A stretch of DNA of 64,000 bases from NCBI GenBank assembly GCA_016287565.1, contig JAEFAM010000001.1, positions 6,947 to 70,946 on the forward strand, given 5' to 3'. Origin of the DNA: Clostridia bacterium (GTDB lineage Bacteria > Bacillota > Clostridia > UBA1212 > UBA1255). Below are positions 51,803-60,026 of the stretch, piece by piece (position 1 is the stretch's first letter; each line of letters starts with the position of its first letter). The translations under genes were made by a program, and so were the position numbers. Below the pieces are notes generated by a model. That model was not told where the DNA came from. It was given only the letters and a program-made list of their open reading frames with translations, and made no database searches.

Positions 51803-53587
51803 ATGACCAAAAACATTACGATCTTAAGCTGGCTGAAAGAAGTACAGGCGCTGGTGAAACCGGATAAAGTCGTCTGGATCGACGGCACGGAGAAGCAGAT
51901 CGAAGCGCTGCGCGCCGAGGCGGTCGCCACGGGAGAAATGATCAAGCTGAATCAGGAACTGCTTCCGGACTGCTATCTGCACAGAACGAAACCTAACGAC
52001 GTTGCCCGGGTGGAAGACCGCACGTTCATCTGTTCGAGGGAGAAGGAAAACGCCGGACCCACGAACAACTGGTGCGATCCCAAAGAGATGTACACGAAGC
52101 TGTACGACATTGCCCGCGATACATATAAAGGCCGCACGATGTATATAATTCCCTATTCCATGGGCCCCATCGGTTCGCCTATCGCCAAGGCAGGCATCGA
52201 GGTCACGGACTCCATCTACGTCGTGCTCAATATGTGCATAATGACGAGAGTGGGAAAGAAAGTGCTTGACGTCCTCGGCGACAGCAACGACTGGGTGCGC
52301 GGACTTCACTGCAAGTGCGACGTGGATCCCGAAAAGAGATATATCTGCCACTTCCCGGAGGACAACGCCATAATTTCCGTTAATTCGGCGTACGGCGGCA
52401 ACGTGCTCCTGGGCAAAAAGTGCTTCGCGCTGCGCATCGCTTCCTACCAGGGCTGGAAGGAAGGCTGGATGGCCGAGCACATGCTGATACTCGGACTGGA
52501 AAATCCCCAGGGCAAGATCACTTACGTTGCCGCGGCGTTTCCCTCTGCCTGCGGCAAGACCAACCTGGCCATGCTCATACCTCCCAAATATCTGCGCGAG
52601 AAAGGCTACAAGGTCTGGACCGTCGGCGACGACATTGCCTGGATGAAGATAGGCCCCGACGGCAGGCTGTACGCCATCAACCCCGAAAACGGATTCTTCG
52701 GCGTTGCCCCGGGCACCAACGAAAAATCCAACTTCAACGCCCTTGAAAGCACCAAACGCGGCGCCATATTCACGAACGTCTGCCACAACCTGGCCAACGA
52801 CACGGTGTGGTGGGAAGGCCTTGACAAGAATCCTCCCACGTTTGCCGTCGACTGGAAGGGATACCCCTGGAATCCGTCGATGTTCAACAAGGCGGACAAG
52901 ACCACTTACGCGGCTCATCCCAACTCCCGCTTTACGGCTCCGGCCAAGAACTGCCCCTGCGTCTCCAGCGAGTTCGACAAGGGCGAAGGCGTGCCTATCT
53001 CTGCGCTCATTTTCGGCGGCAGAAGGGCCAAATGCGCTCCGCTGGTGTACCAGTCCAGAGACTGGGAGCACGGCGTGTTTATCGGCTCTACGATGGCTTC
53101 AGAGACCACTGCGGCCGCTGCAGGCGCCGTCGGTGTAGTTCGCCGGGATCCCATGGCCATGCTGCCTTTCTGTGGATACAATATGGGCGACTACTTCCAG
53201 CACTGGCTCGACATGGGCAAGCGGCTGGGGGACAAGGCTCCGAAGATCTTCAATGTCAACTGGTTCCGCACCGACGACGAGGGCAATTTCATATGGCCCG
53301 GCTACGGCGAGAACGCCAGAGTGCTGAACTGGATCGTTGACCGCTGCGAGGGCAAGGCGGATGCCGAGCTCACCGCCATCGGCTACGTTCCGAAGCCCGA
53401 GGACATCGACCTTACCGACCTTGACATCGACCGCGAGACGCTCAAGGGCCTGCTTCAGGTGGACAAGGACGTCTGGACGAAGGAAGTGGAGGAGATCGAG
53501 GTCCACTACAAGAAGTTCGGGGACAAGCTTCCCGCGGAACTCAGCAAGCAGCTGGACACGCTTCGCGCCAACGTTGCCGCGCTCTGA
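51803..53587 (+). CDS. pckG: Phosphoenolpyruvate carboxykinase (GTP-dependent type)
   Basis: FPSACGKTNLAML kinase-1a motif, WMKIGPDGRLYAINPENGFFGVAPGT, about 594 aa. Confidence 0.93.
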   Translation: MTKNITILSWLKEVQALVKPDKVVWIDGTEKQIEALRAEAVATGEMIKLNQELLPDCYLHRTKPNDVARVEDRTFICSREKENAGPTNNWCDPKEMYTKLYDIARDTYKGRTMYIIPYSMGPIGSPIAKAGIEVTDSIYVVLNMCIMTRVGKKVLDVLGDSNDWVRGLHCKCDVDPEKRYICHFPEDNAIISVNSAYGGNVLLGKKCFALRIASYQGWKEGWMAEHMLILGLENPQGKITYVAAAFPSACGKTNLAMLIPPKYLREKGYKVWTVGDDIAWMKIGPDGRLYAINPENGFFGVAPGTNEKSNFNALESTKRGAIFTNVCHNLANDTVWWEGLDKNPPTFAVDWKGYPWNPSMFNKADKTTYAAHPNSRFTAPAKNCPCVSSEFDKGEGVPISALIFGGRRAKCAPLVYQSRDWEHGVFIGSTMASETTAAAAGAVGVVRRDPMAMLPFCGYNMGDYFQHWLDMGKRLGDKAPKIFNVNWFRTDDEGNFIWPGYGENARVLNWIVDRCEGKADAELTAIGYVPKPEDIDLTDLDIDRETLKGLLQVDKDVWTKEVEEIEVHYKKFGDKLPAELSKQLDTLRANVAAL

Positions 53588-53640
53588 TCCGAACTTCACG
53601 CCGGATCAGGAAGGCAACAGACCGATAAGTCGATAAAGAA

Positions 53641-53677
53641 AGCCGCCCGGAAAACCGGGCGGCTTTGCTTTTGTTTT
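53641..53677. terminator. Bidirectional rho-independent terminator between convergent pckG and the prsA-like gene
   Basis: AGCCGCCCGG-aaaa-CCGGGCGGCT is a 10-bp GC stem, flanked by AAAGAA upstream and TTGCTTTTGTTTT downstream. Confidence 0.7.
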
Positions 53678-53744
53678 GTCATTTGTTTCGCTTCGCACAC
53701 GGTGCTCTTGCGAGCAGCCGCATCGCGTTTCGCGTGTTCAGTTA

Positions 53745-55268
53745 TTATTTAAATCCGTAATATTCCCACTGCTCGTTGTTGATGGAGGTGAGAGTCTTGG
53801 TCTTCTTGGACTTGAGCTCGTACTTGCTGCCGCCTTCGGCAACTTCTTTCTCAAGCTGATCCACGGCGCGCTCTTCAAGGATGTTGGCCTTGATGGTGGC
53901 CTGGACCGTATTCAGACCATCCTCGGCGTCCTCGGCAGCCTTGGTGTCGATGTCGTTGATGTCTTCGACTCTGACAAGGTAGAGAGCGGTAAGGTGGCCG
54001 TTGTCGTCCCTGACTTCCACGATCTTGATCTCGGAAGGAGTTGCCTTGTCGGCTTCGGTCTCGGTCGCGGTGCCGGTGGTCTCTCCGTCGGTAGCGCCGG
54101 TGGTGGCGGTGTCGTCGGCTTCGCTGGAAGAACTTGCGGAAGACTCTTCGGTGTTCTCGGTCTCAACGAATACGAATCCGTTTCTGGCTTCGTTCCACTG
54201 AACGGTGAGGACCAGGTCGTCAACGTCCTTGATGCCGCTGCCGTTGTCGTGGTTTACGGTGATGATACCTTTATTGGTGCTGGCGGAAGTGTAGGAAGAC
54301 TGGCTGGTGCAGAGGAGCTCGAAAGTGGCGTTCTCTGCCTTAACAGCGTCCTTGTCGGTGGGATTGCCGTCGTCGTCGTTCTCCTTCTTGGGAGTCAGCG
54401 TGGTCATATCGTAATCGTAGAGAGTGAAGGTGGCGTCGGCAGAGGCGTCGTAAGCTTCCTTCATCATATTCGCAAGAGCGAGGTAGTTCTCGATCTGCTT
54501 CTTATAGGTCTCGTATTCGATCTTGTCCTTCGAGGCGATGTCTTCGCTGTTGTACTTCTCCTCAGTGATCACATTGCCGTCATCGTCCTTCGGGGCGGTG
54601 GGGAGCTTGAACTGGAACAGTCTCGCGGTGATCTTGCGGTATTCGTCGGGCTCTTTATCGTAAACTTCGCGGATGTCGGCGTCGCTGACTTCGATGCCTT
54701 CTTTAATTGCGGTCTTGTAGTTGGCGATGGTGATCTGCTGAGCGTAGAATTTCTTGTACTGAGAAAGCGTCATGGTCCCGGAAGTGATCAGCGCGGCGGC
54801 GTTGGCGGAACCGTAATAGCTGACGATGCTGTCGATGTAGCTGTCGAGGCTCTTCTTCTGCTCGGAAGTGGCTTTGTAGCCTTTGCCCAGCGCGACCACG
54901 TACTCGGCTTTGAACAGCCTGGCGTCTTCGAGCGCGTCTTCTTCGATCTTAGCCATTCTTTCGGCGGAGAAAAACTCTTTCTGGACTTCCGTCTTTTCGG
55001 CGTCCGTCTTATCGTCGTAGCCTTCAGGCTTGAACTCTTCGAAATTCTCGTCATACTCGTCGTTGATCGCCTGCATGAGGAAGTATTTGTACTCATAATT
55101 GTAGATCTTCTTGCCGTTGACCTTGGCGACGTAGTTTCCGCTTACGGTCAATACGATCGCGAGTATCACGACCAGCGCGACAACTGCTCCGAGACCGATA
55201 GCGATCCACTTGATCAGCTTATTGTCATAGGAGCCTTTTTTCTTCTTTGCTTTGATGTTAGTGGCCAT
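53745..55268 (-). CDS. Membrane-anchored PrsA/SurA-like foldase (divergent PPIase-type chaperone) with Ser/Thr/Asp-rich insertion
   Basis: N-terminal Lys-rich segment plus a TM helix, then a SurA_N-like region (KVNGKKIYNYEYKYF...). It sits near mfd, where Clostridia often encode a PrsA-like protein. The ATG at 55268 is preferred over the TTG at 55277. Confidence 0.6.
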   Translation of the reverse strand: MATNIKAKKKKGSYDNKLIKWIAIGLGAVVALVVILAIVLTVSGNYVAKVNGKKIYNYEYKYFLMQAINDEYDENFEEFKPEGYDDKTDAEKTEVQKEFFSAERMAKIEEDALEDARLFKAEYVVALGKGYKATSEQKKSLDSYIDSIVSYYGSANAAALITSGTMTLSQYKKFYAQQITIANYKTAIKEGIEVSDADIREVYDKEPDEYRKITARLFQFKLPTAPKDDDGNVITEEKYNSEDIASKDKIEYETYKKQIENYLALANMMKEAYDASADATFTLYDYDMTTLTPKKENDDDGNPTDKDAVKAENATFELLCTSQSSYTSASTNKGIITVNHDNGSGIKDVDDLVLTVQWNEARNGFVFVETENTEESSASSSSEADDTATTGATDGETTGTATETEADKATPSEIKIVEVRDDNGHLTALYLVRVEDINDIDTKAAEDAEDGLNTVQATIKANILEERAVDQLEKEVAEGGSKYELKSKKTKTLTSINNEQWEYYGFK

Positions 55269-55650
55269 TTCAACCAACCGCCTTTAAATTATTCTCTTGT
55301 TTGTTTTTGCGCCCGTTTTTACGGCTTTTTCGGGGCCGCAGAGGGGACGCGACATCTATGCCCCGGCTCTCGCCGCGGCAATGCACGAAAATATCGCAAA
55401 TATCATTATACCACGAACGGACTTTCAATTGCAACAAGATAAAAAGGACAACAAAAAAACACAAAAAAGCAACAATTATGGCCCCCCTAACTTATTGCAA
55501 AAAGGGATTTTTTCTTATAAAATCTGCTGTAACGGCGGTTGATTTGCTTTTTTTTGATCAAATTAACGCCAAACGGCCTACGTCGCCCCCACGCTGATAT
55601 TTGTTGACGGCGGCCGAATTTGATTATATTTACGTTGGGAGTGTTGTTCA

Positions 55651-56430
55651 GTGGGATTGTTTAAGAAGAAAATTGACCGGGCGATCGCCGTGATCGATTA
55701 CGAATACTGGTTCTACGCCATGGACAACGCTTTTTCCCGGAAGCCCGATATTGCCGCGTTCAACGAGCAGCTGGAAGGGAAGTACGACGTGCAGAGAAAG
55801 TATTTCTTCGGCCGCTTCGTGGGCCCGGAGCTGACGGAAGAGATCGCCAGGATCAAAGACGCAGGCGGCGAGATCGTTGACGCCCAGGACCAGGACAATT
55901 ACAAGAATGACCGGGTGGATTTTTACATGCTGGACTACGTTTACCGGGCGGTCCTGGCTGAAAAAGACGTTTCCACCGTCATTATTTTCACGTACGACGG
56001 CGGTTTCGTGCCCATGGCGAAGTTTTTGAAGGAGAAGCTGGGCAAAAAGATCGTTTTTTGCGGCATCAGAAACACTTTTGCCACCAAATTCAAGCTTGTG
56101 GCGGACGAGATCGTGGAAGTACCCGAGGCGGAAGCCGTCCGGAACCGCTGGTACGATATGATAATCGACAATTTCCGCTACATTCACAGGCACAAGGACC
56201 GTCCGATCTACCCTACGTTCCTTTCTACGGTCACGGCAGTGGCGCGGCTCAACGACGTGCCTGAGGAGGAGATCCGGAATTCGCTGCAGGAGCTCATCGA
56301 CAAGAAGATCATCTATAAAGTGGAAGTGGCAATGAACCAGGGCGAGAACACGGTGCGCGTGCTGAAACTGGACAAGGTCCGGGCGCAGCGCAACGGGCTG
56401 TACCTGCTGGAGGGGGAGAGGAAGGATTGA
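55651..56430 (+). CDS. NYN/LabA-like domain protein with C-terminal winged-helix/LOTUS-like region
   Basis: GTG start 9 nt after GGGAG. Conserved acidic positions lie in IAVIDYEYW, DFYMLDY and VIIFTYDGGFVPM, resembling NYN (DUF88) ribonuclease-fold proteins. Confidence 0.6.
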   Translation: MGLFKKKIDRAIAVIDYEYWFYAMDNAFSRKPDIAAFNEQLEGKYDVQRKYFFGRFVGPELTEEIARIKDAGGEIVDAQDQDNYKNDRVDFYMLDYVYRAVLAEKDVSTVIIFTYDGGFVPMAKFLKEKLGKKIVFCGIRNTFATKFKLVADEIVEVPEAEAVRNRWYDMIIDNFRYIHRHKDRPIYPTFLSTVTAVARLNDVPEEEIRNSLQELIDKKIIYKVEVAMNQGENTVRVLKLDKVRAQRNGLYLLEGERKD

Positions 56431-56488
56431 ACCCTGCCTTGATAAGCGAAATTGGCAGGGTTCAGCGAAATTGCTCGCTGACGCTCGC
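56427..56488 (+). repeat. 62-bp direct repeat, copy 1 (contains a 10-bp-stem hairpin GAACCCTGCC/GGCAGGGTTC)
   Basis: 59/62 identical to copy 2. It begins at the NYN stop codon. Confidence 0.9.
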
Positions 56489-56499
56489 AGCTAAATAGC

Positions 56500-56538
56500 A
56501 AACCGCAGGCTTTCAGGATAATGGGAGCCTGCGGTTTT
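56500..56538. terminator. Rho-independent terminator-like hairpin (CCGCAGGCT ... AGCCTGCGG + TTTT)
   Basis: 9-bp GC-rich stem (56503-56511 and 56526-56534), a 14-nt loop, AAA upstream and TTTT downstream. Confidence 0.65.
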
Positions 56539-56588
56539 CAGCTAAATTCGGCTGCGCCGAGCTAAATTTGCCCTGCGGGCAAGCGATG

Positions 56589-56650
56589 TTGAACCCTTTC
56601 TGGATAAGCGAAATTGGCAGGGTTCAGCGAAATTGCTCGCTGACGCTCGC
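56589..56650 (+). repeat. 62-bp direct repeat, copy 2
   Basis: ttgaaccctttctggataagcgaaattggcagggttcagcgaaattgctcgctgacgctcgc. It differs from copy 1 at 3 positions, all in the left hairpin arm. Confidence 0.9.
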
Positions 56651-56857
56651 TCCGGGAACCAGGCTCTGTCTCGAAAAGCGAGGCAGGCGAAAAATACATA
56701 TAAAATTCCACTTCTTTCCAAATCTTATGTATTTGAAAGAAGGAGGCGCTGCCTGATAACCTGAAATGAGCGAAAAAAAATCTACCTTCGCTCGCGCGCC
56801 AGCGCGAAGTTAGCTCCGCGTAGCGGAATTTAGCTCGCACGTATGTGCGAATTTAGC

Positions 56858-56893
56858 TGAACCCTGACGATTATGCCTAACTGTCAGGGTTCA
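56858..56893 (-). terminator. Hairpin TGAACCCTGAC/GTCAGGGTTCA immediately downstream of mnmA (related to the 62-bp repeat hairpin)
   Basis: 11-bp stem (56858-56868 and 56883-56893) with a 14-nt loop. No adjacent T-run, so terminator function is uncertain. Confidence 0.4.
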
Positions 56894-56900
56894 ATTTCGC

Positions 56901-57992
56901 TCATTCAATGACTTCAGTGATCGTTCCTCCGCCCAGCACCACGTCGCCGTCGTAGAATACGGCGGCCTGGCCGGGGGTTATTGCCCGAACCGGGGCGTCG
57001 AAACGGACGGCCATATTGCCGGAGGGCAGGGGCGTGATCTCGGCGGGCTGTTCGGGGTGGTGGTAGCGGATCCTGACGGAGGCGCGGAAGGGCGCCGCGG
57101 GAACGATGCCGGAAATGATATTGACGTCGCGGACCACGCAGCCGGTGGAAAACATTTCCGCCGCTCTTCCAAGCACCACACGGTTGCCGGAGGCGTCGAT
57201 GCGCTTGACGTAGAGGGGCGCTTCGGCGGAGATGCCGAGGCCCTTGCGCTGGCCGATCGTGTAGTGGATGATGCCCCGGTGGCGGCCGAGAAGATTGCCG
57301 GCGGCGTCAACGAAATCGCCTTCGGGGAAGGTATTGCCGGAAAATCTGCATATAAAATCGGAATAATTGCCGTCGGGGACGAAGCAGATGTCCTGGCTTT
57401 CGGGTTTCTGGGCGTTATAGAACTGTTTTTCGGCCGCGATAGCGCGAACTTCGGGCTTTGTGAGGCCTCCGAGGGGGAAAAGTACGTGACGGAGCTGCTC
57501 CTGAGTGAGAAAATACAGCACGTAGCTCTGATCTTTGGCCTTGTCCACCGCTTTTTTCAGCACGAAGCGGCCGTTTTCCTCTTCGATACGGGCGTAATGG
57601 CCGGTGGAAACGTAATCGCAGCCCAGAAGCATCGCCTGTTCGTAAAGAAAACCGAATTTCAGGCAGCGGTTGCACACGATGCAGGGGTTCGGGGTCATGC
57701 CGGCGGAATAATTGTCCACGAAATCGCGGATGACGGTCTTTTTGAACAGGTCCACGCGGTTGAACACATAATAGGGCATACCCATTGACACGGCAACGCT
57801 CCTGGCGTAGTCGGTGTCTTTCTGGGAGCAGCACGTTTTCTCCCCGAAGCTCTCTTCCGGGTCCGGCGCCTGTCCTTCTCCGTCAAAAAGTTTCAGCGTG
57901 GCGCCCATGCACTCATACCCTTTACCTTTTAAGATCGCCGCGGCGACGCTGCTGTCGACGCCTCCGCTCATTGCTATCAGAACTTTTTCCAT
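56901..57992 (-). CDS. mnmA: tRNA-specific 2-thiouridylase MnmA
   Basis: PP-loop AMSGGVDSSVAA, catalytic Cys context and length. Confidence 0.95.
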   Translation of the reverse strand: MEKVLIAMSGGVDSSVAAAILKGKGYECMGATLKLFDGEGQAPDPEESFGEKTCCSQKDTDYARSVAVSMGMPYYVFNRVDLFKKTVIRDFVDNYSAGMTPNPCIVCNRCLKFGFLYEQAMLLGCDYVSTGHYARIEEENGRFVLKKAVDKAKDQSYVLYFLTQEQLRHVLFPLGGLTKPEVRAIAAEKQFYNAQKPESQDICFVPDGNYSDFICRFSGNTFPEGDFVDAAGNLLGRHRGIIHYTIGQRKGLGISAEAPLYVKRIDASGNRVVLGRAAEMFSTGCVVRDVNIISGIVPAAPFRASVRIRYHHPEQPAEITPLPSGNMAVRFDAPVRAITPGQAAVFYDGDVVLGGGTITEVIE

Positions 57993-58182
57993 CTCGGTCC
58001 TTCGTTTGAGCCCTTCGTTTCGGCCTTTCCTTGCCGCCTTCTGTTTCCGCCCTTTCGCGCCCGGCGCCGGACGCGCTAAAACTATACTTTAGTTGACACT
58101 AAACGTCAAGTCGCGGTATACTTTGACCGGTCTGAATCGGTCGGAACGAGTCGAGAAATTACCTGAAGGGAAGCGCGAAGGC

Positions 58183-58920
58183 ATGAACGGCGGAGATTAT
58201 ATTAAGATCGTCAACGATACCATCGACAAAGCGTATAATACACAAAAAGAGGCGCTGGGGAAAGCGGCCGAAGCCATTGCCGCAGCGGTGGAGAGCAAGC
58301 GGAACGTGTTCGTGTTCGGCTGTTCCCACGCCGGGATGATCGCCGAGGAAGTGTTTTACCGTACCGGCGGCCTTGCCGTGATCAATCCCATCTTTTTCCC
58401 CGGTATGATGCTGAACTGCCGCCCCATAACCATGACCAGCCAGCTGGAGCGGATCCCGGGCCTCGGAAGGACCATTTTTCAGCAGAATCACCTGAGCGAA
58501 GGGGACGTGCTGGTGATACATTCCGTTTCCGGCAGAAATTCCGTGCCTGTGGACATGGCTCTGGCTGCCGCAGAAGCCGGAGTGACTACCATTTGCCTGA
58601 CAAATCTGGCTTATTCGAATTCGGTGACCTCCCGCCATCCCTCGGGCAGGCGGCTTTTCGAGGTGTGCGACATCGTTATCGACAATAAAGGCGACGTGGG
58701 AGACGCGGCGGCGGAGATAGAAGGGCTGCCGGAGAAGATCGGACCCACGTCAACGGCTGTGGGAACGGCGCTGATCAACGCCATCGTTATTGACGCGGTC
58801 AACAAAATGCTCTCGGACGGCATTGTCCCGCCCGTGCTGATGAGCGCGAACCTTGACGGCGGTGACGAGCACAACAGGCGCATTTTCGACGAATACGCGG
58901 ACAATATTTTCTATATGTGA
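58183..58920 (+). CDS. SIS (sugar isomerase) domain protein, UPF0309-like
   Basis: The ATG at 58183 follows GAAGG; the ORF-track TTG at 58093 coincides with a TTGACA -35-like hexamer. Motifs: VFVFGCSHAGMIAEE and HSVSGRN. Confidence 0.78.
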   Translation: MNGGDYIKIVNDTIDKAYNTQKEALGKAAEAIAAAVESKRNVFVFGCSHAGMIAEEVFYRTGGLAVINPIFFPGMMLNCRPITMTSQLERIPGLGRTIFQQNHLSEGDVLVIHSVSGRNSVPVDMALAAAEAGVTTICLTNLAYSNSVTSRHPSGRRLFEVCDIVIDNKGDVGDAAAEIEGLPEKIGPTSTAVGTALINAIVIDAVNKMLSDGIVPPVLMSANLDGGDEHNRRIFDEYADNIFYM

Positions 58921-58934
58921 GGCGCGGCGTGACG

Positions 58935-59969
58935 ATGGACGCTAATTCTTCCGGCAACAGATATCTGGCGATCGACAGCGGCGGCACGAAAGTGGCGGCG
59001 ATACTGTACGACGATGATTTTTTGCCCGTGGCGGCGGCGAAAAGCGGCAGCCTGCGGGAAAATTCCACGCCGGCGGAGCTGGTGGAGCGCCATTTTTCTG
59101 AGCTGACGGAAGGCCTGGGGCTGAAGCCCGGCGACAGGATCAGGCGGGTCTGCGGCACCTACGGGCAATATACCCGGGAAAAACTGAACGAACTTTTCGA
59201 GATCGACGAATTTTACCTCAACGGGGAGCTGGATATGGGCCTGGCCGCTGCCGGTATATTCGGCGACGGGCTGCTGGCGCTTTCGGGCACGGGAGCCACG
59301 CTGTTCGGCCGCGTGGGAGACAGGCGTTTTGCTTCCGGAGGGTACGGTTCCGCGGTGGCCGACGAGGGGTCCGGGTACTGGATAGGCAGGCAGGCGATTA
59401 TCGCCGCTATCCGCGGGCGCGAAAAAAGAGGCCCCGCCACGGCGTTGACGCAGCTCGTCCCCCGGTTTTTGCTCGAAAAAGCAGGTGTTTGCGGGAAAAA
59501 GGACAGGCCGAGCGACGTGAATGCAGGCGAAAACGTCCTTGACAGCGACAAATTCCGCGGCGCCATCTTTTCCATATACACAGATAAGGCGCACAGCCCC
59601 GTTGCCCGGGTGGCCTCGGTAGTGCCCCTGGTGGTGAACGCGGCGGAAAAGGGCGACATCGTATCGAAGCGCATCCTGGAAGAGGCCGGAGAGCTGGTCG
59701 CGGAACAGATGATTTATCTCGTCACGGAAAACGGTGTCCCATCGAACGTTCCGCTCACTGTTTCCGGCAGCGTGTGGAAGAAAAACAGGCTGTTTTACGA
59801 CGCGTTTATAAAAAAGATGACAGGATACGATCCGTCAAGGAAGATCGTCCTGCCATCCTTCGAGCCCGTTGCCGGGGCAATATTCAAACATATGTTCCTG
59901 GCGAGCCGGTTCGACTCGCTTAAGGCGCGGCTCCCGGAGATCTACGCGGATCTTGCGTATTCCGTCTGA
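58935..59969 (+). CDS. BadF/BadG/BcrA/BcrD-type ATPase (N-acetylglucosamine-kinase-like)
   Basis: The ASKHA phosphate-1 motif LAIDSGGTK is followed by LALSGTGA. It abuts the SIS gene. Confidence 0.75.
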   Translation: MDANSSGNRYLAIDSGGTKVAAILYDDDFLPVAAAKSGSLRENSTPAELVERHFSELTEGLGLKPGDRIRRVCGTYGQYTREKLNELFEIDEFYLNGELDMGLAAAGIFGDGLLALSGTGATLFGRVGDRRFASGGYGSAVADEGSGYWIGRQAIIAAIRGREKRGPATALTQLVPRFLLEKAGVCGKKDRPSDVNAGENVLDSDKFRGAIFSIYTDKAHSPVARVASVVPLVVNAAEKGDIVSKRILEEAGELVAEQMIYLVTENGVPSNVPLTVSGSVWKKNRLFYDAFIKKMTGYDPSRKIVLPSFEPVAGAIFKHMFLASRFDSLKARLPEIYADLAYSV

Positions 59970-60026
59970 ATTCCGGACCGGTTTTTCCGTTTTTTTCAGG
60001 TTTACGGGGTTATAAGTTTACAGTTT

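Noticed and set aside
53676-55442. 588-aa plus-strand ORF
   Set aside because: It is antisense to the PrsA-like gene and is Val/Gly/Leu-rich nonsense. The minus-strand protein has a clear signal-anchor and chaperone-like sequence.
56427-56650. Possible CRISPR array (two 62-bp repeats)
   Set aside because: There are only two copies. The repeat is too long, the spacer is 100 bp, there are no cas genes in the window, and the repeats are internally hairpinned like REP-type elements.
56562-56840. 92-aa (minus-strand) and 62-aa (plus-strand, 56568-56756) ORFs in the NYN-mnmA spacer
   Set aside because: They run through the direct repeats and hairpins. They have no RBS at the starts and no recognisable sequence. 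The AAGGAGG at 56740-56746 has no start codon at usable distance; the nearest ATG is 20 nt away and encodes only 15 aa.
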